Assembly: GCA_964528675.1 (NCBI GenBank)
Contig: CAZGTU010000007.1
Span: 17,353 to 81,352 of the forward strand
DNA from: an uncultured Bacteroidaceae bacterium
GTDB taxonomy: Bacteria > Bacteroidota > Bacteroidia > Bacteroidales > GCA-2748055
Direction of reading: 5' to 3'
DNA length: 64,000 nt
In this document: one piece after another, positions 19,175 to 28,777 of the stretch
How positions within the stretch are numbered: position 1 is the stretch's first letter
Layout: each line of letters starts with the position of its first letter
The notes under the pieces: generated by a model
Told to the model about the DNA's origin: nothing
Database searches by the model: none
Seen by the model: only the letters and a program-made list of their open reading frames with translations
Translations under genes and position numbers: made by a program

Positions 19175-19522
19175 ATGAAAAGAAATATAGTTATTGTTTT
19201 GTTTATGTTTTTCGGTTTAACAGCATATTCTCAAAAAACCGATACACTTGAAATTTCCACTTCTGCACAGTGCGGAATGTGTAAAGAAACAATCGAAAAA
19301 GCTATGGCTTATGAACGCGGTGTGAAAGATTTTGAATTGGATCTTTCTGATAAGGTACTCACAGTGGTCTATAAAACAAAAAGAACTGATGCGGATAAGA
19401 TCCGGAAAGCGGTATCAGATGTCGGCTACGATGCAGATGAAGTTAAAGCCGATGAGAGAGCATATTCGAGATTGCCCGCTTGTTGTAAGAAACCGGATGA
19501 TCCGGATTATGAAGAAATGTAA
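19175..19522 (+). CDS. secreted heavy-metal-associated (HMA) domain protein
   Basis: Start is moved to the ATG at 19175 (MKRNIVIVLFMFFGLTAYSQ signal peptide). It has a CGMCKETIEKAM CxxC metal-binding motif with ferredoxin-like HMA layout and a C-terminal LPACCKKPDD. Confidence 0.8.
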   Translation: MKRNIVIVLFMFFGLTAYSQKTDTLEISTSAQCGMCKETIEKAMAYERGVKDFELDLSDKVLTVVYKTKRTDADKIRKAVSDVGYDADEVKADERAYSRLPACCKKPDDPDYEEM

Positions 19523-19550
19523 TAATTATGATTTAAAAAAAATCTATTAG

Positions 19551-19579
19551 GCTGTCCCCCACAGGGGCAGCTTTTTTTT
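19551..19579 (+). terminator. intrinsic terminator after the HMA gene
   Basis: gctgtcccc-caca-ggggcagc hairpin (8 bp with one bulged T) followed by T8 (19572-19579). Confidence 0.75.
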
Positions 19580-19849
19580 CATATGGATTCGATTACAGGA
19601 TTTGATGAAAGATAAAATACTTATTGCGAATATAGACCTTCAAAGCTATCATTCACGAAAAACTTGATATCTGTTGAAAAAAAAGTGAAACTTTATTAAT
19701 TTTATTTTATTAAACAATGCTAAAAATTCCTGTTTTTACTATTTCTTTTTTGGGATGGTGATTAGTTGATTGTTTGCATTGCTCCTGAAATTGATAATTC
19801 AGTCAGATCCGGGATCGAAGTGGGCAATATCCCATAAATAGTTAGAATA

Positions 19850-21802
19850 ATGATGAAAAACAGATTCTTAATACCTTTTTGCTTATTCATTTTCATTCCC
19901 TTTTTCATTAATGCTCAGCTTCGTTTACCGCGATTGATTGATCACGGAATGGTATTGCAAAGAAATGCAGAGGTGCCCATATATGGCTGGGCCTCACCAA
20001 AAGAGATGGTACAGATCTCATTTCTCGATTCAATCTATTACACCCGGGCAAATGAGATGGGGGAATGGAGCCTTTATTTATACAATCTTGAAGCAGGAGG
20101 TCCCCATGACATGATTTTTTCAGCAGATACTGCCATCATCATCAGTGATGTTATGATCGGGGATGTATGGGTATGTTCAGGTCAATCTCAGATGGATATG
20201 GATATGAACAGGGTACGTCCTTTGTACGAAGAAGAGATAAATTCTGTCGGCAATCAGTCCATCCGCTATTTTGAAGTGCCCGGGGTGTATAATTTTATAG
20301 GACCTCAAAAGGATATCCCTCGTGGCAATTGGGAAAGCATCAGCCAGGAAAATATACTTGATGTTTCCGCCATTGCTTATTTTTTTGCCAGTGAGTTGTA
20401 TAAGGAATATGAAATACCCATTGGGATAATTCGCTCCAGTGTGGGAGGTTCTCCGATAGAATCATGGATGAGTGAGAGTGCTTTGAAGGAATTTCCCGGG
20501 CAATTTGAGGAAGCACAAAAGTTTAAAGATCCGGAGCTTATAAAGAGAATCAGGGAATCTGATCAACAACGCATTAATTCCTGGTATAGTGAATTGAACA
20601 AAAAAGATCGTGGATACAAAAGTTCGGGCATGCCCTGGTATAGTCCCGAGACAGATATATCTGAATGGGAAACTATGAAAATACCGGGATACTGGGCTAA
20701 TAAGAATGATGGAAATATAAATGGCGTATATTGGTTCAGAAAGGATATTAAACTACCCCCTGAGATGGAGGGAAGGCCTGCCAGGCTGAATCTGGGACGG
20801 ATTATTGATGCTGATTCGGTTTTTGTTAATGGCAAGTTTGTAGGATCTGTCAGTTATCAGTATCCTCCCCGTCGATATGAAATTCCTGAAAATATATTGA
20901 AAGAGGGGAAAAATACAATAGTAGTCAGACTTATTAATACTTCAGGCAAGGGTGGTTTTGTTCCGGATAAACCTTATGAGCTGATCATTGACGGGGAAAA
21001 GATCGATTTAAAAGGAGAATGGCATTATAATCCAGGTGTTGAAATGGAGCCATTAAGGGGACAGACATTTATAAGATGGAAACCAACCGGGTTGTTTAAC
21101 GGAATGATTGCACCTTTAACAAGCTACACTATAAGAGGTGTAATCTGGTATCAGGGAGAATCGAATACCTCCAGACCATCCGAATATGCTGAATTATTTC
21201 CAACCATGATAAGAAACTGGCGTGAACATTGGGACCAGGGACCTTTCCCGTTTCTTTTTGTCCAGTTACATAATTATATGAAAAGTTATGATTATCCCAC
21301 AGAGAGTGATTGGGCTTTGTTAAGAGAAGCGCAAACGGAGGCTTTAAAATTACCTAATACCTCCATGGCTGTAGCAATTGACCTGGGGGTATGGAATGAC
21401 ATACATCCCCTTAATAAAAAAGATGTAGCTGAAAGGCTTGCACTTGCTGCCCGTAAAACTGCCTATGGGGAGGATGATCTAATTGCTTCAGGCCCGATGT
21501 ATACATCCATGAAAAGAAAAAGAAATAAAATAGTTCTGAAGTTTTCTGAAATAGGATCGGGCTTAAAAGTAAAAGGGGGTGGTAAACTAAAAAGGTTTTG
21601 GATTGCGGGTAAAGACAAGAAATTTGTTAAAGCTAAAGCGAAAATTCGTAATAATAAAGTCATTGTGTGGAGCCCGGAAATAAAAGATCCCCGTGCGGTT
21701 CGCTATGCCTGGTCTGATAATCCCGAAGGTGCAAATCTCTATAATAAGGAAGGGCTGCCGGCTGCACCTTTCAGAACGGATGACTGGGATTCCGCAAGAT
21801 AA
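19850..21802 (+). CDS. sialate O-acetylesterase-like SGNH/DUF303 carbohydrate esterase
   Basis: 650 aa with a signal peptide, GDVWVCSGQSQM (GQSN-type nucleophile block) and IWYQGESN. The central insert resembles a galactose-binding-like domain. Confidence 0.7.
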   Translation: MMKNRFLIPFCLFIFIPFFINAQLRLPRLIDHGMVLQRNAEVPIYGWASPKEMVQISFLDSIYYTRANEMGEWSLYLYNLEAGGPHDMIFSADTAIIISDVMIGDVWVCSGQSQMDMDMNRVRPLYEEEINSVGNQSIRYFEVPGVYNFIGPQKDIPRGNWESISQENILDVSAIAYFFASELYKEYEIPIGIIRSSVGGSPIESWMSESALKEFPGQFEEAQKFKDPELIKRIRESDQQRINSWYSELNKKDRGYKSSGMPWYSPETDISEWETMKIPGYWANKNDGNINGVYWFRKDIKLPPEMEGRPARLNLGRIIDADSVFVNGKFVGSVSYQYPPRRYEIPENILKEGKNTIVVRLINTSGKGGFVPDKPYELIIDGEKIDLKGEWHYNPGVEMEPLRGQTFIRWKPTGLFNGMIAPLTSYTIRGVIWYQGESNTSRPSEYAELFPTMIRNWREHWDQGPFPFLFVQLHNYMKSYDYPTESDWALLREAQTEALKLPNTSMAVAIDLGVWNDIHPLNKKDVAERLALAARKTAYGEDDLIASGPMYTSMKRKRNKIVLKFSEIGSGLKVKGGGKLKRFWIAGKDKKFVKAKAKIRNNKVIVWSPEIKDPRAVRYAWSDNPEGANLYNKEGLPAAPFRTDDWDSAR

Positions 21803-21813
21803 AGAACAGCAAA

Positions 21814-21847
21814 TAAAAAAGAGGATAGCTTCAACTATCCTCTTTTT
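21814..21847. terminator. bidirectional intrinsic terminator between the convergent esterase and lon genes
   Basis: Perfect 9-bp stem agaggatag/ctatcctct (21820-21828 and 21835-21843) with a 6-nt loop, flanked by A7 upstream and T5 downstream. Confidence 0.8.
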
Positions 21848-21865
21848 CTTCTTAGTGATTGTTAT

Positions 21866-24322
21866 TTATTCAATAACAGCCGCATCTTTAACCTTTTCTT
21901 CCAGCAAGGCTATTTTAAGTACATCCATAATATTGTCAATATAGTGGAAATTCAATCCTCTGGTATATAGATCCTTAATCTCCTTTACATCTTTAAGATT
22001 TTCTTCCGACATGATAATATCAGTGATTCCGGCTCTTTTTGCTGCCAGGATCTTCTCTTTTATACCACCCACCGGTAATACTTTGCCCCTGAGCGTGATT
22101 TCACCGGTCATAGCAATTTTTTTCTTCACTTTCTTTTGAGTGAAAGCTGAAGCAATGGATGTGACCATGGTAATACCTGCAGAGGGTCCGTCCTTGGGGA
22201 TTGCTCCTTCCGGTATGTGAACATGGATATTCCAATTTCCGAAAATATCGGGATCAATTCCCAGCTCACTGCTGTGTGATTTTATATATTCCAGGGCAAT
22301 AACAGCCGATTCCTTCATTACTTCCCCAAGATTCCCGGTAAGTGTAAGGTTACCTTTTCCTTTGCTGAGACTGGTCTCCACAAACAATATCTCTCCCCCG
22401 TGAGCAGTCCAGGCGAGACCGGTAACAACACCGGGGAATTCATTGGTTTCATACTTTTCCTTCGAAAACCTTGGCGGACCCAATAATTCTTCAAGATCCT
22501 TCGGTTTGATGGTTTTTGGATAATTCTCTTCAAACGCGATCCTGCGGGCAATAACCCGGATGATCTTGGCAAGTACTTTATCCAGTTGCCTTACCCCTGA
22601 TTCCCGTGTGTAGGATTCAATAATCTTCTCGAGACCTTTCGGTGTGAACCTCAGGTCTTTTTTCTTAAGACCGTGATTATCCAGTTGTTTTGGTATCAGG
22701 TGTCTTTTGGCGATTTCGATCTTTTCTTCCACAAGGTATCCGGAAATGTCAATTACCTCCATCCTGTCGAGAAGCGCCGGATTAATAGAGCTTACTGTAT
22801 TGGCTGTAGCAATGAACAGGACTTTGGAAAGATCGTAATCCAGTTCAAGATAATTGTCATGGAATGTCGAATTTTGCTCGGGATCAAGTACTTCCAACAG
22901 GGCAGAAGCCGGATCGCCATGAAAATCTTTGCCTACTTTATCAATCTCATCCAGAACGAAAACAGGATTGGAAGACTTTGCTTTTTTCAGGTTCTGTATT
23001 ATCCTTCCGGGCATTGCGCCAATATAGGTTTTCCTGTGCCCCCTTATCTCTGCTTCATCATGTAATCCGCCAAGTGAAATTCGGACATATTTCCGGTTCA
23101 GTGCGGAAGCAACCGATTTCCCTAGCGATGTTTTACCAACTCCCGGGGGTCCGACAAGACAGATGATAGGTGATTTTAAATCCCCTTTTAGCTTTAGAAC
23201 GGCCAGGTGTTCCAGCATCCTTTCCTTAACCTTTTCGAGACCAAAATGGTCCCTTTCAAGGATCTTTTCTGCTCTTTTCAGGTTGAAATTATCTTTGGTA
23301 TACTCATTCCATGGCAGCTCCAGCATGGTCTGCACATAATTCATCTGCACTGAATATTCTCCTGAAGCAGGATTCAGGCGGGATAGCTTATCCACCTCTT
23401 TCCCGAAATGTTCTCCGGTCTCCTCATTCCATTTTTTCTTTTTGCCTTTTACCTTGAGCTCATTGATCTCTTTTTCAACAGGATTGCCTCCCAGCTCATC
23501 CTGAATGGTTTTCATTTGCTGGTGCAGGAGATATTCCCGTTGCTGCTGGTCAAGATCATGTTTCACCTTCGATTGTATATCATTTTTCAGTTCCAGCATC
23601 TGGACTTCTTTGGAAAGATATTCAAGTAAGCGAATGCCTCTGTCCTTAAGATCATTAAGCTCCAGTAGTTTTTGCTTATCGGGTATTTCCATGTCATTGT
23701 TCGATGACAGGAAATTAATTAGAAAAGAAGGACTTTCTATATTCTTAACTGCAAAAGTTGCTTCAGGCGGAATATTTGATGAAAGTTTGATGATTTTCAT
23801 TGACAGATCTTTAAGGGAGCCTACAAGGGCATTCATTTCATCCTTGTTGGATGATTTTTTATCTTCAAGATTTTGAATGCGTGCCATCAGGTAGGGCTTA
23901 TCCGAAACAAGATCTGTAATCTCAAAACGCTTTTTCCCCTGTATGATCACAGATGTGGAGCCATCAGGCATCTCAAGTATCTTCAATACCTGCGCAACTG
24001 TCCCTATTTTATATAGATCCTTTAGTTCCGGATCTTCTGTTTTAGCATCTTTCTGTGCAACTACACCCAGGATTCTGTTTTTCTGGTATACTTCCCGGAT
24101 AAGCTTCAGTGATTTTTCTCTTCCCACGGTAATGGGTATTACCACACCCGGGAAAAGGACTGTATTTTTGAGTGGAAGTACAGGTAAAACATCCGGAACA
24201 TTAAGTTTCATCAACTCATCAGCTTCTTCTTCTGACATTATTGGAATAAATTCCGCATCATCCTCAAATCCTTCCTGTGAGAAAAAATTGCTGTAATTTA
24301 ATTCAATATTCTTCTTCTTCAT
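21866..24322 (-). CDS. lon: ATP-dependent Lon protease (endopeptidase La)
   Basis: 818 aa. Walker A GPPGVGKTSLGKS, Walker B VFVLDEIDK, catalytic serine region KDGPSAGITMV. Confidence 0.95.
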   Translation of the reverse strand: MKKKNIELNYSNFFSQEGFEDDAEFIPIMSEEEADELMKLNVPDVLPVLPLKNTVLFPGVVIPITVGREKSLKLIREVYQKNRILGVVAQKDAKTEDPELKDLYKIGTVAQVLKILEMPDGSTSVIIQGKKRFEITDLVSDKPYLMARIQNLEDKKSSNKDEMNALVGSLKDLSMKIIKLSSNIPPEATFAVKNIESPSFLINFLSSNNDMEIPDKQKLLELNDLKDRGIRLLEYLSKEVQMLELKNDIQSKVKHDLDQQQREYLLHQQMKTIQDELGGNPVEKEINELKVKGKKKKWNEETGEHFGKEVDKLSRLNPASGEYSVQMNYVQTMLELPWNEYTKDNFNLKRAEKILERDHFGLEKVKERMLEHLAVLKLKGDLKSPIICLVGPPGVGKTSLGKSVASALNRKYVRISLGGLHDEAEIRGHRKTYIGAMPGRIIQNLKKAKSSNPVFVLDEIDKVGKDFHGDPASALLEVLDPEQNSTFHDNYLELDYDLSKVLFIATANTVSSINPALLDRMEVIDISGYLVEEKIEIAKRHLIPKQLDNHGLKKKDLRFTPKGLEKIIESYTRESGVRQLDKVLAKIIRVIARRIAFEENYPKTIKPKDLEELLGPPRFSKEKYETNEFPGVVTGLAWTAHGGEILFVETSLSKGKGNLTLTGNLGEVMKESAVIALEYIKSHSSELGIDPDIFGNWNIHVHIPEGAIPKDGPSAGITMVTSIASAFTQKKVKKKIAMTGEITLRGKVLPVGGIKEKILAAKRAGITDIIMSEENLKDVKEIKDLYTRGLNFHYIDNIMDVLKIALLEEKVKDAAVIE

Positions 24323-24437
24323 ATATTCTTATTCCTTTCTACTGACAAATAGTCCGAATATTTGCCATTATTGACTTCATTAGTTTGGATATAATAACAG
24401 GCAAGGTTTATGCCAAAAACAGTGAGTTGTTTTTTTA

Positions 24438-25622
24438 TTATTTGCGGTATTTCTCGGTTAATTTGAAAACTTCTTTCAGTATGTTTTGCTCATTTTCATC
24501 AAACTTGATGCCTCTGCGTTCCATAACCACTGAAGCCACTTCGAAAGCTCGGGAGAGTGAGTAGGTGGTGAACCCCCTGGCGCCTCCCCATGAAAAAGAA
24601 GGAATGAAATTTCTGGGGAAACCTGAACCAAAAATATTGGCATTTACTCCAACTACCGTACCTGTATTGAACATCGTATTTATGCCACATTTGGAATGGT
24701 CTCCCATGATAAGTCCGCAAAACTGCAAACCTGTATTGATAAACTTTTCTTCAGGATAACTCCATAGCCTGACACTTGCATAATTATTTTTCAGGTTGGA
24801 GTTATTCGTGTCGGCACCCAGATTGCACCATTCCCCGATTACTGAATTCCCTAAAAATCCATCATGAGCCTTATTGGAGAAGCCCTGAATAACTGAATTA
24901 TTGATTTCACCACCAACTTTTGAATATGGTCCTACAGTAGTAGGCCCATAAATTTTTGCCGAAAGCTTTACAACACTTCCTTCACAGAGTGCAAAAGGTC
25001 CCCTTATTACAGATCCTTCCATCAGTTCAGTGTTTTTTCCAATATAAACCGGTCCGGTGCTGGCATTTATCGTGGTAAATTCCGCTTTGGCTCCTTCTTC
25101 GATAAAAATGTCATCCCCTATCAAATTATTGGTTGAACTGAGCTTACTACTTTTTCGGTCGGAACGGATTTGCTCAATGTCTGATCTGATTTGATCCCCA
25201 TTGAGCTTGAATATCTGCCATGGATGATCAAGAAAGTTCACTTCTTCCTTTATTTCTCTTGTCGATTGGGGATGGACTGAAAGAGGGTCAAATTTTTCTA
25301 TCTCCCGATCATTTGTACGATAGGCAATTAACCGGCCATTTTTAGTCAGGGCTTCATTGAGTTTCAAATTTGATACACTGTCCGATAGAGCCCTTCCGGG
25401 AAGAACGGAGCCGGAAATAAGAATGTTATCGTCTGAAATGTTGGATGGATATTTCTGATCCAGATACTTTTTTGTGATATTGCTGAAATCTGCTTCTTGT
25501 ATTAAAAATTCCCATTTTTCACGGATCTTAAGAATTCCGATCCTGAGTTCGGAAACAGGCTTGGTGAATGTCAGGGGAAGGAGATTTTCAGAAGATTTGT
25601 CATCAAAAAACAGAATATTCAT
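24438..25622 (-). CDS. GlmU-like putative sugar-nucleotidyltransferase/acyltransferase with left-handed beta-helix (hexapeptide) C-terminal half
   Basis: 394 aa. The N-terminal segment resembles a nucleotidyltransferase, followed by hexapeptide-like repeats (GKNTELMEGSVIRGP, GPYSKVGGEINNSVI, GNSVIGEWCNLGADTN). Confidence 0.5.
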   Translation of the reverse strand: MNILFFDDKSSENLLPLTFTKPVSELRIGILKIREKWEFLIQEADFSNITKKYLDQKYPSNISDDNILISGSVLPGRALSDSVSNLKLNEALTKNGRLIAYRTNDREIEKFDPLSVHPQSTREIKEEVNFLDHPWQIFKLNGDQIRSDIEQIRSDRKSSKLSSTNNLIGDDIFIEEGAKAEFTTINASTGPVYIGKNTELMEGSVIRGPFALCEGSVVKLSAKIYGPTTVGPYSKVGGEINNSVIQGFSNKAHDGFLGNSVIGEWCNLGADTNNSNLKNNYASVRLWSYPEEKFINTGLQFCGLIMGDHSKCGINTMFNTGTVVGVNANIFGSGFPRNFIPSFSWGGARGFTTYSLSRAFEVASVVMERRGIKFDENEQNILKEVFKLTEKYRK

Positions 25623-25646
25623 TGTGTTTTTCTTTCAAAAATACAT

Positions 25647-25681
25647 AAAAAAACTCCGATAATTCTGAAGATTACCGGAGT
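25647..25681 (-). terminator. intrinsic terminator downstream of the L31 gene
   Basis: On the minus strand, ACTCCGGTAAT-CTTCAGA-ATTATCGGAGT (11 bp with one G-U) is followed by a T run (plus-strand A run 25647-25652). Confidence 0.8.
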
Positions 25682-25707
25682 TTTCCATAAAAAACTTTCT
25701 TATGGTT

Positions 25708-25974
25708 CTATTTTTTCTTCTTATCGTAATGTGACTTGTAACGATTCATAAACTTATCCACACGTCCTGCTGTATCCACAAGTTTCATCTTACCTGTATA
25801 GAAAGGATGTGACTTTGAAGATATTTCAAGTTTTATAAGAGGATATTCCTTACCGTCGTCCATTTTTATTTTTTCCTTGGAAGGAGCCGTTGAACGCGTT
25901 GTAAAGGTGAATCCGTTCGACATGTCTTTAAATACGACGAGCCTGTAATTGTTTGGATGAATTTCCTTTTTCAT
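25708..25974 (-). CDS. rpmE2: 50S ribosomal protein L31, type B (Cys-less)
   Basis: 88 aa. [10 protein letters not shown] start, SHPFYTGK motif, no Cys residues. Confidence 0.85.
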   Translation of the reverse strand: MKKEIHPNNYRLVVFKDMSNGFTFTTRSTAPSKEKIKMDDGKEYPLIKLEISSKSHPFYTGKMKLVDTAGRVDKFMNRYKSHYDKKKK

Positions 25975-26020
25975 TTTTTTATTTCTGTTTCTTCTTCAAC
26001 TTCAGTTACAAAACGGAATG

Positions 26021-26028
26021 CAAAATTA
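26021..26028 (-). promoter_or_regulatory. -7 box TAATTTTG upstream of the L31 gene
   Basis: Plus strand caaaatta at 26021-26028, 47 nt upstream of the ATG at 25974. Confidence 0.35.
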
Positions 26029-26075
26029 GATAAGTTTACGATAATTGCAAAATATTTGAGCACTATTTCCTTTTA

Positions 26076-27275
26076 TTATTTTATAAGGTCTTTCACTTTA
26101 TTGGGGATTTTTACTTTTTCCGGCATGAATCTTTCAAATGGAATTGTATCATCGAGCATATAGCGATAAGTATGATGGGTTTTTGCTTTTACAGCCCCTA
26201 CTGCCTCATAGAGTGAAATCATTTTTGGATTATAATCTCCAACCCATGAAAGTTCGATTTCATCGTACCAGGTCTTTCCGGCCATTTTTTCATTCAGGTG
26301 CCAGAATATACCTGATTCTATACCTGAATTCTGGAATTTTGGTACAACACCGGCTGCCATTGCCCTGATCCGTGTGATTTTTTTATTTCTTTTCATGTAA
26401 AGAAAACGGATCATATTAAGGACATGCATCTTTCCTTTCATATGTTTAAGGATCTGATTGGCATCGGGCATTAAAATGAAAAAAGCTACAGGTTTATTCT
26501 TATGATAAGCAAACCAGATGATTTCTTCATCGAGGATTGGCCGAGCCTTTTCAAGAGCTGTTCTGAGGCTTTGTTCTTTCAACGGAGTGAAATCTTCCTT
26601 GAATTCCGACCAGGCTTCGCTATATATGGAAACCGTATCCTTAATGAATTTATCTGCTTCAGACCATTTAAAATGTTTGAAATGGAAATCCGGCTTTTTC
26701 CCTACCCATTCAGCTATTTTCCAGAATCTTGAAGGAAAAGGTTTATGAAGGTCAAGATGATAACTGAATTGTTTAAAGAAAACCCGGAAACCATAACTTT
26801 CAAAAAGGTCACGGTAATAGGGAAAATTATAAGGCATTCCAATACCGGGATGTATAAAACCTTCTACCAGCAAGCCCCATAAAGAGTCATTTTCCCCAAA
26901 GTTAACGGGACCATCCATAGCTTTTAATCCTTTGGATCTAAGCCATTCTGCTGCAGTGTCAAATAATAGATGGGCTGCTTTACGGTCATCAATACATTCG
27001 AAAAAACCACATCCGCCGGCAGGAACTTTTTCAGCAAAAGCTTTTTCCTGGTTGTAGAAAGCAGCAATTCTACCGATTAATTTGCCTTTACAGGTTTTCA
27101 GGATCCATCTTTTCGCTTCACCATTCTCAAAAAACGGATTCTTTTCCGGGTTAAACTGGGCCTCTATATCGCTATGTTGAGGACTTACCCAGAAAGGATC
27201 ATTTTTATATAATAATCCCGGAACCTTTAAAAATTCCTTTGCGCTTTTCTTGTCTGTTACTTCTTTTATATACAT
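26076..27275 (-). CDS. conserved hypothetical protein, possibly GNAT-fold acyltransferase-like
   Basis: 399 aa soluble protein 15 nt downstream of the PLP enzyme gene on the same strand. The fold suggestion is from memory of similarly annotated Bacteroidota proteins only. Confidence 0.3.
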   Translation of the reverse strand: MYIKEVTDKKSAKEFLKVPGLLYKNDPFWVSPQHSDIEAQFNPEKNPFFENGEAKRWILKTCKGKLIGRIAAFYNQEKAFAEKVPAGGCGFFECIDDRKAAHLLFDTAAEWLRSKGLKAMDGPVNFGENDSLWGLLVEGFIHPGIGMPYNFPYYRDLFESYGFRVFFKQFSYHLDLHKPFPSRFWKIAEWVGKKPDFHFKHFKWSEADKFIKDTVSIYSEAWSEFKEDFTPLKEQSLRTALEKARPILDEEIIWFAYHKNKPVAFFILMPDANQILKHMKGKMHVLNMIRFLYMKRNKKITRIRAMAAGVVPKFQNSGIESGIFWHLNEKMAGKTWYDEIELSWVGDYNPKMISLYEAVGAVKAKTHHTYRYMLDDTIPFERFMPEKVKIPNKVKDLIK

Positions 27276-27290
27276 CTGTAGAATCCATTA

Positions 27291-28766
27291 TCATAATGAA
27301 AACCAGTTCTCAATAATTCTGTCTTTCATTTCACTCTTAGCTTCGGACCTGTGGATAAACTCATTCTTCTTTTTTAAATATAAGTAATCTTTTTCATAGC
27401 TTTCAATATTCTTAACAATATTTTTTACCGCCTCGATAAAAAAATGTATTTCTTCGTCTTTCATGGTAGGATGCAAAGACCATCTCACCCAGCCAGGTTT
27501 TCGCGAGAGATCTCCATGATTGATCAGGTCTGTAATTTCTCTCGATTTTTCATAACTAACCTCCAGCAAGAAATGTCCGTAAGTACCGGCGCAAGCACAA
27601 CCACCTCTTACCTGTATTCCAAAAAGATCGTTCATTAATTTTACAATTAGATTGAAGTGGATCTTTTCATGGTAGAATGAAATCACTGCCAGTCGGTCCT
27701 CAATACTGTCTGCAAGGATCTTAATTCCGGGAATACTTCGCAGCCCGGGAAATGCTATTTCCAGTAATTCTTTTTCCCTGGCTATCATATTTTTCACACC
27801 CATTTTTTCTTTAAGTTCAATGGCAAGAGCAGCTTTAATGGCTTCCAGGAAACCTGGTGTTCCCCCGTCCTCCCTTGCTTCGATGTCGTCAACATACTTA
27901 TATTTCCCCCAGGCATTGGTCCAGTCAACTGTACCCCCTCCGGGATTGTCAGGAACTTCGGCTTTATACATGGAGGAATCGAAAATTAAGACACCTGATG
28001 ATCCCGGTCCACCCAGAAATTTATGGGGTGAAAAGTAAATGGCATCAAGTTTTTCCATAGGATTATCCGGGTTCATATTGATATCCATATAGGGAGCAGA
28101 TGCAGCAAAGTCAACAAAGCATAAACCACCCTGCTCATGCATTATTCTTGCCAGATCATGATATGGAGTTCCGATGCCGGTAACATTTGAGCAAGCCGTG
28201 AAGCTGCCGATCTTGAATGTTCTGTCTTCGTATTCCTTGAGTTTTTTGCGTAAATCATCGCGATCAACAAGCAGATCTTTATCCGGTTTGATCATTACCA
28301 CCTCCGCGATGGTTTCATACCATGAAGTATGATTGGAATGATGCTCCATATGAGTGACGAAAACTACGGGCCGGTTTTTTTTCTTGATACAATCCCTGTA
28401 AATCTGTCCACCGCAACCTTTCAGGCTTAAAATTCTTTGAAGCTTATTTACCACAGAAGTCATTCCGAACCCGGCAGTGATGATCACTTCTGTATTACTG
28501 GCATTAACATGCTTTTTTATATAATTGTGGGCATAATGATAACTTCGTGTCATCATTGTACCTGTGGTATTGGTTTCTGTATGGGTGTTAGCAACAAAAG
28601 GTCCGAATTGCTCCAATAGTTTTGTTTCTATGGGTCCATATAACCTCCCGCTTGCAATCCAGTCGGCATAATGAATTGTTTTCTCACCATATGGGGAAAT
28701 GAATGTTTCATTCAGCCCGATGATATTATTTCTGAAAGGTTCGAAATAGCTCTCCAGTTTCCCCAT
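27291..28766 (-). CDS. aminotransferase class V-fold PLP-dependent enzyme (cysteine desulfurase/selenocysteine lyase-like)
   Basis: 491 aa with the SPHKFLGGPGSSGVL segment containing the putative PLP lysine, plus HHSNH and DFAASAP blocks. Confidence 0.65.
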   Translation of the reverse strand: MGKLESYFEPFRNNIIGLNETFISPYGEKTIHYADWIASGRLYGPIETKLLEQFGPFVANTHTETNTTGTMMTRSYHYAHNYIKKHVNASNTEVIITAGFGMTSVVNKLQRILSLKGCGGQIYRDCIKKKNRPVVFVTHMEHHSNHTSWYETIAEVVMIKPDKDLLVDRDDLRKKLKEYEDRTFKIGSFTACSNVTGIGTPYHDLARIMHEQGGLCFVDFAASAPYMDINMNPDNPMEKLDAIYFSPHKFLGGPGSSGVLIFDSSMYKAEVPDNPGGGTVDWTNAWGKYKYVDDIEAREDGGTPGFLEAIKAALAIELKEKMGVKNMIAREKELLEIAFPGLRSIPGIKILADSIEDRLAVISFYHEKIHFNLIVKLMNDLFGIQVRGGCACAGTYGHFLLEVSYEKSREITDLINHGDLSRKPGWVRWSLHPTMKDEEIHFFIEAVKNIVKNIESYEKDYLYLKKKNEFIHRSEAKSEMKDRIIENWFSL

Positions 28767-28777
28767 ATGTTTTCATT

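Noticed and set aside
25708-25974. L31 type B as evidence of a Zur-regulated zinc-sparing paralog linked to the metal cluster
   Set aside because: No second (Cys-containing) L31 and no recognisable Zur box are visible here. Cys-less L31 can be the sole copy in Bacteroidota. It lies 6 kb away from the metal unit and is separately transcribed.
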